A stretch of DNA of 64,000 nt, taken from NCBI RefSeq assembly GCF_963676685.1, contig NC_092346.1, positions 38,688,001 through 38,752,000 on the forward strand, given 5' to 3'. Position numbers and translations under genes: made by a program. The stretch's first letter is position 1. The number at the start of each line of letters is the position of its first letter. The notes beneath the pieces were generated by a model that made no database searches, was not told where the DNA came from, and saw nothing but the letters and a program-made list of their open reading frames with translations. This document shows positions 15,901 to 27,900 of the stretch, in pieces. This DNA comes from Mytilus edulis (Eukaryota).

Positions 15901-18900
15901 CTATTCTTATTTTAGATACTATATATTGTTATCTGATATTGGACGAAAGATGTTGCCCTCTTATGTAATTATGTATTACAAGTTACGATCATTTGAAAAC
16001 ACATATTAAACAGCCAAATGGATGCACAAGAGCTAAAATAGGAGTCATAGATCCTATTGACAACAATTATCTGCCCAATTTGATTGATTTTTAACATTTG
16101 TTTCAAATATGACCATCTTCTTATCCGAAATCACCAGCACCGTATCAGGACCCACCAGCACAATGACAGGACCCACCAGCACAGTATCAGGACATGAATA
16201 AATTGAGAAAATGCTAAATTTTAATAAATTGCAATGTTTTTTTCACAAAATAGTTTTGTCGTGTGGATTGCGGTATAGAAAGCGGACTCTATGAGCATTT
16301 TTGTTTTATTTTTTCAGTTCTAGATTTTCTGAAAATAAGCATTTTTGTGTTACGCTTACTGAAACAGTTTAGAGGGTCAACTTTTTAATGGTTTACATAT
16401 GAACCCATACGAAACAAAATTGAAAAATCTCAACTGTTTTCTTCAATTTTTTATGAGTGAAAACGTCAAAAATCATCATTTTCGTCTTTGTTTACATTTT
16501 TTCATTGATCACCAGCACCCGTCAGGACCGAATCACCAGCACAGAACGTTCTCTCGCAGGACAACCATACCCCACCGTGGAAGTGCTCTATCCGTTCCGT
16601 TAGCTGGTATAGTATAACGTTTGATTTCGTCATGTTTTAATGAAATTGCATCTTTTTGAATTAACCTTTTGAGTTCGGTTTTTAATAATTTTATATTGAA
16701 AAGCAAAATTTGTTTTCAATATCTATACTATTAAACGAGAAGACCTCATTTTGTGTGTCGTTTCTTTTCCTTCCACGATAAATAAATCATCATGCCTCTG
16801 TGTTCTATAGGTAACATGCGTAATCGCATTTGTCATCCATTCTTACGACTATTCAGATGGAGTTATTTTTGGAGAAAAACGACAGAAACGGAGTCCGGAT
16901 ATTGATCCGTCGTCATTAGCCTAACTTTTAGTCATAGACAAGACTTCCGGTTTGAAACATGCACAAGTACAACCAATCGTATGATAGATAACAAAAAAAA
17001 AAAAGGAAAAATAAATGAACCAATCAGAGCGTTCTCTATATTATGGTGTTTAGATCGCAAGAACCACAACTATTATACCTCCTTCGAGAGGACAATTATT
17101 TTTCGCGTTTATCTACATGTAAACTACAAGTATTATTCTTTAATATACAGAGACTATCTGTATCTTTGAAATGTATACCAGTTGCATATATATTAAAATA
17201 AGTAGAACATGTGGAAACAAGAATGTATCCAAAGTACAGGGATGCCACATCGGCACTATATATTACCAAGTCTTAGTGTTGAGTTGATTGGACTTCAACT
17301 TAATCAAAAACTACCTCGACCAAAAACTTTAACCTAAAGCGGTACAGACGGACGAACGAAAAAACGAACGAACGCACGGATGCACAGACTAGAGAACATA
17401 ATGCCCATAAAGCATAAATTTTATTGTTGAAAGTCAAAGTAGTGATTTGGCAAAAATGAAAGTAGGTACAGATTAGAGGGAGGCAGGACCTTTTTTGGGA
17501 CGTCGGGATCGTGTGTTTTTAAGCTCGGGATTTGGGGATTGAACCTTATTGGATCCGGGAATATATTTTTCGATTGCGGGATCTCTGGATATGAATCTCT
17601 CTTAATTCTGCATCTCGGAATTTCATGTTTTTAAGCCCGGGATTTCGGGATCAGGACCCCTCCTACCACCCCTTAGTTGGTTAAAGTCATTTATACAAGA
17701 TTCATATCCTACCATTGACATGTTAATAAGGGTCTCAAAAGAAAAAAACACTGATGGACTGTCCTAGAAGCATATTTACTAATAATGGTCTATATATAAG
17801 CAGTTACATTTATTCCATATTTGAAAGCGGCGCAAAATTTTTAATTTAATTTGACTTTTACCAAAAGATGCATTGTAGCAAAGGAAAAGAATAATTATGG
17901 TCTGAGGCAGGAAACACGAAAAATAATTGAATTTAACAGAAAGGAAACAAATATCGGACTTTGGAAAAAGAGAGAGGGCTTTTGATACCTTTTATGAAAC
18001 TCTCCTTACATAATATCTTTACAAAAAATCATCCTTCAATAGTTCACAAGCTGAATATGCCCGCGATTCCCCGGGTGTGTTCTAGTATATGTAAACCAAA
18101 CTACACATACCAATATGAAGAGCAGCTTTAGCATTATCTTCATTGTCGTCTATGTATGCTGATCCCAGTGTAAACATTGTAGTAAATCCAACTCCATGGA
18201 GCATATTAGCTATCATAAATATAGCTAAATACGACTCGCCAACGGGATCACATTCTGATGGCCAGGATTTTCCGGCAGAACAGTTGTAAGTATACTCAGT
18301 GGCATATTCTACAACATAACAATAGTATAAGATACATTTGCAATCAGGAAAACTATTAAAAACAATTAATAAAAGATACAACTATAAGAGACTAAAGTAC
18401 TTATGTCAAGAAAGGATTTGTTTCCCACAAATTATCTTCTCTTTTGCAAGTAAAAATTAGTAATGTAACTATTGATTATATTCATAAATACCGAACAGCC
18501 AAAAAAGAAGTTCATCTACAAATGTCTTTTAAAATTAGACGAACAAATTCATACCAGTACAATTATTTACTACATCTATCATGACTGTGCATAAATTTAA
18601 TTTTGAGTTTAAATGCAAAGAAATGGTTGTTATCGTTATTTGGTATGCTTCGTCTTGTGACCGTTACAACAATTTTATAATTTTTAGAGCACTGCCAGTA
18701 CAGCTCAGTAGTCAGTATTTCGGTACTGACATGATTTAACAAACTTTACTAAAATTGTCCGTTAATAAATTTTGAAATTATCAATAACTAAGGTTTCAAC
18801 TCCCTCAGGCAAAGTTGGCTTTAGATGAATTCGGATATTTATTTTAGGTATTTTTGACATATAGCTCTTCAGCGGTTTCGGTACTTATACATTCTTGGAT

Positions 18901-21900
18901 TTCAAATAGTTGGCTTTGAGTGTTCCTGATGAAGGTAAATCCAGAAAAGCGCCTCGGACGCATGAAGTTAATAACGTATTGTTTTCAATTTTTTACAAGC
19001 ATTTACCAACGTAAGAGTATTGATCAATAAAATGTGGAATCAAAAACACAAACGAGCCCAGTGCCATGACAACAGTCCCGCCTGCTACTATTGCCGCCTT
19101 ATTATATCGTCCGCCGATGAAAGTTACAAACAACACCACTATCAGTGATCCTATGTCCATAGAGCTTGGAATGAGTGCAGACTTCGTTGACGGAAGTTTA
19201 AATTGTCTCTCTAATGAAGGTATGGCCGAGTTCGCTATCCCATTTACTGCAAATCCTTCTATGAAGCACATAATGGAGACGAAGAGAATATAAAAATGCA
19301 TTTTATTGAATACTTGGAAACACCTGAAATAAAACATGTTTTAGTAATAAACTGCAAAAAATTAGATATCATTAGTCATTTTGTACATTAAATCCACGGT
19401 CGTCAAGTTGAAACACAAATTTCTAGCTAGGATTTGTTATCTCATAAGCAACACGACGGGTGCCACATGTAAAGCAGGATCTGCTTACCCTTCCGGAGCA
19501 CCTGAGATCACCCCTAGTTTTTGTTGTTCTTCAGTTTTCTATGTTGTGTCATGTGTACTATTGTTTGTCTGTTTGTCCTTTTCATTTTAGCCATGGTGTT
19601 GTCAGTTTATTTTCGATTTATGAGTTTGACTGTCCCTCTTATGTAGTAGTCTCCTTTTTCGTAATGACAATATGGACAAGATGATGGCAAAGAAGACCAT
19701 TGTGTTACAAGAACTATTCAACAATTATTTTCGAGTTATAGTTTAACCTTTGCGTTGTCGAACGATTAAGGTTCTATGTTGACATGGAATATCATAGATA
19801 TTGACCAGACTCAAATTAACAGCCACTTGCTTGCGACGGCCAGTTTTAACATAACCTAAATCTAAAACCCCCAAAGATGCATAAGATTCAAAATTTTGAA
19901 TTACCAAGGATGTTCAACCACAGGAATAGATAACCTTAGCTGTATTATGCTAAATCTTTCTAAAAATTTGCCCCAAAATGCTTTTCGTCTGTGTTCCTTA
20001 TTTTGCATTTGAACTCTTTTGATTTAAGTCTTACTGGTGAGTTCTAAAGATCAAACGCGCGTCAGGCGTAAATATTTATAAGTCTGGTATCTAATTTATT
20101 TCTCTCGTAGACTATAGCTTTCCGTTGACTCATGTAACATGACGACATTATATAAATTATGGTTGAATGCAACTCATTTTGTTGAATTCAATTGCAAAAA
20201 TTTCATGGCAGTTTAATTTTGAGAAATTATTCCATTACATTGCATGTTAATACCGAGAAAGTACAGTCAGCATAACATGCACGTTTTTATAATTTAATAG
20301 GAATTTTGTCGTTATTTTCTATTTGTGTCTAGTTCCAAAATTCTTGACATATTTGTCATTTCTCGAAAGTAACTTAATAACAGAATTTTAAAGAAGTAAC
20401 GTGCTTTTGTTTATTACACCTCTAATATTTTAGGTATTTCGTTTTCTTGGTATAAGAACTATGAGAGTGTGCTTTTGATGAGAAATAAAACTATTTGTAC
20501 ATCGAATAGTTTTCATAACTCAATCGTAAGATATAGGAATAGATTACAAAGTAGTCTGGCTAATATAATCTATTAAAATATACCTTAGTCTGGCTAATAT
20601 AATCTATTAAAATATACCTAGGCTTAAATGGACCATAACCCCAAGCCAGATCTTCACTGATATCATCCTAAAATACAAAATTTTAAATTAAAATAGTTTT
20701 AAATTTAATAATAATATTATAAAAATGAAGGAATGTTTACAACTTTTAAGAAAAACTATAAATCATTTCATCATGTTCATATTTTCTAAATAATATTTTA
20801 TATTTTAATTCATTAACTGCACAACTACTAATTTCTAGACTAAAGTCATCTTGTGAAAGATTCTTGGCAGCTACTGTTTTCATCTCCGTTCTTTTAGTCT
20901 CTGGAGGTCGTACCACATTTAATCTTTATAATAATTGTATCTGCGGTCAATATAGTTATTTGAATCGGATTATTCAGCGATAGTGCATCATGTACATGTT
21001 TAAGGGTTACGTTAATCTGCATGATTGCACACCTTTTATATCCTGTGTTCAAAAATTTAGAGCAATTGAAAGCTTCAAATAGGGTTTGGCAATGCTAATC
21101 CTGGTATCTTTTTTCGTGATAATCGTACATAGACAACAATGCATATAATGCTAAAGCTGCTCTTCATTTTGGTATGTGTATAGATAGAAGAAGGTGTGGA
21201 CCTTACACGTATAAGTGCCATAGACACAACTCTCCATCCAAGTCACAATTTATAAATTTAAAGTTAACCATTATAGGCCAAAGTACGGTCTTTAACACGG
21301 AGCCTTGGCTCACACCGAACAGCAAGCCATAAAAGGCCCCAAAAATAACAAGTGTAAAACCGTTCGAACGGGAAAACAAACGGTCTAATTGATATTAAAA
21401 GCGAGAACGAGAAATACTTTTGAACCACATCAACAAACGACAACTACTAAACACCAGATTCCCGATGTGTAGTTTGATTAACCGTTTCTATGAAGATATC
21501 AGGACTCAAATCTATGGTCGGTTCCAAATCTACCATAGATTCCTAATCTATGGCAAATGTGACGTCATGTTATCCAAAATCTATGGCAAGTTTTGTAATG
21601 TCCTAATCTATGGCGGATATTTGTTGTTATACCAAATCTATAGCCAATTTTGTGAAAATGGAGGTCAACGCAGCACATATGACCAATGACTTGTCTAAAA
21701 CAAGTGGAAATGAACTGTAGCATGTCTAAACATCCCATCATGGTCAACCAAATCGTGATGGCAACCAACAAAGTTTGTAAATGATGAAATCATATATTAT
21801 AATACCTTAATACAGACTTCAAGATTGAAATAAACATTTTCTAATCTGTGCATGGTTCCTGTTTAATCTATTCATTAAACTAAGGAAACTTCCAAAAAGT

Positions 21901-24900
21901 CTCTAAACGAATAAGAAGGCAGTTTTTTTTTTATATAAAAGAAATAGATAACATTAACTGTTTTAATTTTTACATAAAAAAAAAAATTCATCGTGAATAT
22001 GATCTTTTTTTTAATTTAAAGACGATTTATATCAAATAGAAATCCGGTTATTTCATCTTTAACTTTATAAACTTTGTAAGCCGTAGAAGTATTATATTAA
22101 CTATAACTCCTTTTCTATTTTCTAAAATATCTGATACTGAAAACAGCGGTACCCTTTTTCAGGTAGCACTCCACAGTTAGGTGTGTAGTTTCGCATTTTG
22201 GCCCCTGTGGATTTTTAAAATATGAGAGCTAGTGTGCAATAAAATTCATTTTTAGATAGCTGAGTATTAAAATAGCCTTTGTATTGGGTTAATATGAACA
22301 ACAAGGTTATGTAATGTATGTAACATAGGCTGTTTTCTGTACGACAGTCCGTATTTGCATGTCCATACCATACATTGGTCCGGCAATTATTGTAATGTTA
22401 TTTTCCAACTTTTTATCGCACGAACTTTGTGATTGGATTTTACGAAAACATGAGGCGAAAGACACCCATTTTTTATTTGATCATTAGGAAGATTTATGAA
22501 AACAGTTTCTAAAAAGGTAACACTCAAAGGCATTGAAATTCTAGTTTGATCCAAATTTTTGGGGGATATGTGACATGTTCACCCCCCTTTTTGCAATATT
22601 TTATGGTAAATAAATGCAGAATGTTGCCATGGATACACATAAAAGGAATTAATTTTCACCCTTTTAACTTTTGCAAATCAAATCTATGGAAGATACTGAT
22701 TACATACATATGCACATGTACAACACAAACAGTTAGGTTAATGTATTAGAAATCCAGGAATAGGAGATGATAAAACATTTTAGGGCTCATTTTTAATTTT
22801 TTTTTTAACTGTGGAGTGCTACCTCAAACACATTCTGTCCCTTTTCTAGATAATAGGTCAACTTTTCCTGAGGCTCCCGCAGGGTCAAAAACGACCTGCG
22901 ACCTCTGGCCTTTTTAGATGCCACTTCCGACCTGAGGGCCTTCTATAAACGACCTGCGTCCTGTAAAATTTGGAAAAAAACGACCTCCGACTTCACCTAC
23001 GCTAAAAACGACCTTGCTATTTTGGGCGCGATTTTTTCCTATGAGTCCTTTGTCGCCATTTTGGTTATCTGACAGATCGGTAAAACGGCGCGCGGTTACT
23101 GGTTCTTTGTCTCAACCTATTTCCCCCTTTCCCCCATTCCGGTATGTCAGTAACCAGATTGTCGTTTACTTCAACACAACTACAAAAAAAATGTGAGATG
23201 GTGAGTCGAAATCCGAAACTGTTTTAATTGACTGCTGCTTCAAATTATTTCTTGTCGGCAGTGCTAAAGCGGCCGAACAATGGTGGCACAAACTTGTTCT
23301 AACTGAAACGTCTTTTTAATCAACTAATGATTTGAAAAAAATTGATCTCTACAAAAATTACCCAAAACTGAACAATTTAGATATGATAAATGCATTGAAC
23401 CACACTGCTATGAATTGATAGGTATTGTAACGTGTCCGCCTCGTGTGAAACTCTGCAACTTTCAAAATGTAATGGACTCGGAAGGAGAACCTCTTGTGTG
23501 TATGCTACTCTTTTGTATAGCGGGGAGGAGTGTAACTGAGTTACAGGACTGGATCCCTGAACACTGTTTTACCTTCGGGCAGTGCTCAACGGACTCAGTT
23601 CCGATGTTGACACATTTTGGCTAAAATTAGCAATACCAATTAAAGTTAATTATTTAATTGATGAGACAAATATTTAATGATATTATACGATATAATGTTA
23701 TTAACTTCAACAAATGTAACTGATTACTTAAAATTTTAATAGTCACCAAGATTAAACAAGCAAATCGTAGGGATGTTCCTGGTCAAACAATACAAATAAA
23801 ATCAATACTTAGCAATATAATAAAAATGACTAGCTTTGAGCTATTATATCCTAACTTAGAAAATCGGCGGAATTACAATATCGTATGATGTGTTCCTAAA
23901 CTATGTAATAATCGAACGCGTATAGAGAAACAATAGAGACCTTTTCAATAGATCTGTATAGCTATTTGCTATTGGATACCTAAATTACACGTTTCTCTGA
24001 AAACCTTTTCGTATAGAATTTGGATTAGAAAGTATAAACTTTTATACCTAAAATATGTATGGAATTATTGTGTGAATATGCCGGAAGGTCACGTAGACCG
24101 TTAATAGTTCTTTAAAACTTAATAGTGTCTTTTATTGTATAATCAAATTAAAGACTCTGGTAACGAGTCGTTAAGTATATTACGTCAACAGAAATTGAGT
24201 CAGAATAATGACTTCAATGACTTTAATGACTTGAAAAAGCTTTTTAAATAAGCTAACCTTGAAATGTGTCACGTTGTTTATATAATGGAAAAGGTCAGAA
24301 AGACTCCTAAAGTTGCTTTATTATAGCAGCGTGGAAGTTGGCTTTTGGCTAGATGTTGCCTTATGCCCAGTTGAACCACACTTGAAACAATGCAATACGC
24401 ACGCTCTTTTATACCTAAATTTCGACTAGAAAATGACGTTTCGACTCTAAAAGACTCGAAACGTTACGTCTTTGACACGTTTAACGACAATCGATACTTG
24501 CTTTACGGCAATTGTACTGGAATAACAAAGTTGACCTTTCAATGCAAACAATCGTGCAAAATTGACTGACCAGGTATCCCTACGAAGCAATGATAAATGT
24601 GCATGATATGGAAATAATGTTAAACGTAAAATCATCTTAACAATGAAGTTTCAAATCACGGAAATAATCAGAAAGATACAAAACAGGTAAGTGCATGCTT
24701 TAACTTTTACGTTGCATTTGACGTCCAGAATTATTTGAAGGTTATTTGTTTTAAACAGTTTTTTATGCATATGATTATATATATATGAATATTATTAAAA
24801 AGAAAACTTGGTGACTAAAACTGAACATGGCCTGTTAAAGAACGGTAGAGTTAAGAAAAGAGGGGAACAGCGTAAACGCTAAAACATTACATTGCCCCCT

Positions 24901-27900
24901 TCTATAAAAAACTGTCCGTCCCGGACAGGGAATGATCGAACATGATAAATTTAAACACAATAAAAACATGATATAAGTACATATGTCAAATATAAAATAC
25001 AACTAACAATAATAATTTTCAAATGTCCATTCTATAATCTGAAATCCTGAATGTCTCTACTTCATCTCTGGTTAAAATCCACCCCCCAACCCCCAATGTC
25101 TATCTTCCAGTTACATTAACTCAAACATAATCTTCATCTCCGCACTCTGTGTTGCCATGTCCTTTGTAGTAGTTTCTTTTTGGGTCTCTTTCTCAGATGT
25201 TTCGGGCACCTGTATGACATCTTCTTCAGTTGTTTCCCCTTCTGTGTCGCTTCCCTCTATCACTACCACTGTTGTCTCTGTATACTCTCCATTCTCTACC
25301 GACTCTGTCACATCTTTTACCGGCTCTGCCACATATATTGGCAATGGTTTTTCTTCAATAGGTGGTAAGGCGGCATAAAGCTTTTTGAACAAGTAGGATC
25401 GGGCATCCAATAGGCACTCAGTTCATATACTGTTCCCTCAGGCAGAATTGCCTTTTCTACTTTCTTTACACCACCTATGCCATCAGGGATGACGGAGCCT
25501 GAATACATTTGGCTGCTTCTTCTTGCCTTTTCTCGAATACATAAAACCCTGGCAGCATCATCAGAGGTTTGGTATAAAGGGGGCGGTGCCATGAATCTTT
25601 TCTTTTCGTCCTTCAAGTCATCCTTTTTTGGGAGGATGAGTGTTATTTCTTTCCTCCGACAGCTTTTCTTCTTCTTTCTTGCTTTTGGCTTTTTCAGTGC
25701 TTTTTGGTGTTTCTATTTTCCTTTTCTTAGGAGTAGTAGGTAGAGGGGAAATTGGTCTGACCGGCGATTCAAAAAGTGCCATCAAATTCTCTGGTAACTG
25801 TGGTAAGCTTTCATCGTCATATCCCAAAGTGATAGGGACAAGGGACTTTATTGGTGAAAAGTTCATCATACTAGTACATTTCTCTGGGGACTTTTCAAAT
25901 TTCTGGATCAATGGCGCCCTCTTCATTGGTGATACCGGGATGACCAATGTTGGATTCGACCCCGGTTTTTCATTGTTATGTTTAGTTTTCTTTTCTGCTG
26001 CTTTTACTTGTTCTGCATGTCTTGCCTTTTCGTGTTCCTTCATCCTGAAGGCCAGGCTGCTAGAAACCTTATAGGAACAATATCTACATTCAACTATGGT
26101 TTTGGAATGCTTATTCCTCACATGTCTCATCATTTTCTCCCTGAACAAATATTCAGCACCACAGTGCCTGCACGTAAACATCATCTAAATAAAGAACATT
26201 TTGTCTTTAGAATAGGAAATGAAAATACAATTTAAATACCTTTGACCAGGAGGATCCCATCTTGCTTGCTTGTGTTACTAATTATTTAAGTTGAATTTTA
26301 TATTATCTTTGTTTCAGGTACATCTGAGTTAGTTTATGAAATATCCAACAGTATGCAGTAATCATCAGACCTGTTGTATATTGTATTAACTGTGCGCCTC
26401 TTCTTGCCGACCTCTTCTTATTTTCATATGAATCGGAGTTCCTCCAGACACTTGTAAAAAACAAGAGAATCAAAGAAGCCAGATTATTTAATTTCACTTT
26501 CAGATATATTGATGATGTTCTTTCCATAAACAATCCGAACTTTTCTGATTGGGTTCCATTAATATATCCCCCAGAACTAGAGATTAAAGAAACAACAAAC
26601 ACGGCTTCCTCCGCCTCATTTTTAGACTTATATCTAGAATTTGACTTACACAGTCATCTCAGTACCAGAATCTAAGACAAACGAGACGATTTTAATTTTG
26701 AAATCATAAATTTCCCCCACCTTAGTAGCAATATACCAACTTCACCTGCATATGGGATATATATTTCCCAACTTATTCGATATTCAAGAGCTTGCAGCTC
26801 CTACTCAGACTTTGTAATACGTCATCAGTGTCTGAGTAGAAAGTTGATGAAACAGGGGTATGTCAAAGAACGTCTCGTTCTTTTTCTAAAAAAGTTCATC
26901 GGAAGGTACCAAGACCTTGTTGATAAATATTCCGTATCAACTTCTCAAATAATACACGATGGTCTTGATGTATAGATTCTTCGTACTGATGTTGTTTATC
27001 ATCTTAACAACGTGTTTTATAGTTCTTTCATTTGTCTTTGTTCTATTATTAATATTACTTTTACTGTTGAATGGTTTCATGCGATATCCGTTTCACGTGG
27101 CTCGGTACTTATACATCTCGTCAATGTGTTTGTATTGGCTTTCATTTTTTTGTGGTTTGTTTTGTATTTGCGACTTTTTGTATTTCTTTTGTTCTTATAA
27201 CGTGACTCTGTACTTTAAAAGATCCCGTCAGTATGATATTGTTCTATTATATGTCATTATACTATATTTCTATTATGAATTACAATATACGTTGAACCAC
27301 AAACGTCAAAATCGTTCAATTGCGTAGTGGTATTAACTATTTTTGGATTCTTTTTTTTTTTTTTTTCAACATAAATAAATATTTATTTCAAATATTGGCT
27401 TGTTACAATATCATTCAAGAGTCCAAGCTGCTCCCGATGTTCCCTGTTACAATCCACTAATCACTCAGGGTAGTGATTAGTTGCAAAATACATATTACAT
27501 TTTTTACATCATATATATATATATATTAGATAATATCGATTAATCACGTAATATGTTTTCTAATAGTTGCTAAAACATTACTTTTAACCTTCAAACATAC
27601 TCTTCTATTGAACTCATTGCGAAAAATTGAGTAAACATTGACATTTTTTGTCTTTTGATCAGATATGTAGTAGGCTTTATAAATTGAAAAGCCCACAATT
27701 GTTAAAAAATAGTTTAAGTCAAAATATTCTTCTTCAGAAGTTTTATATCCAAATACTAAGTGTCTTAGTTTTACTTTAAAAGTTATTTTACTGTTATTTA
27801 AAACTTTATTTATTTTATTCCAAAAAAGTTTTAAATACGGACACAGTATAAAGAAGTGATCATAATCTTCTTCTTGTGTACAAAAATTACAAGAACTATT

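Noticed and set aside
25640-26074. Plus-strand ORFs of 120-145 aa (also 30674-31081, 35969-36340, 37257-37622, 38181-38549)
   Set aside because: Antisense shadows of real minus-strand coding sequence.
26959-27327. 122-aa hydrophobic ORF after the Penelope RT
   Set aside because: T-rich 3' region; the related copy near 50270 does not keep the frame.
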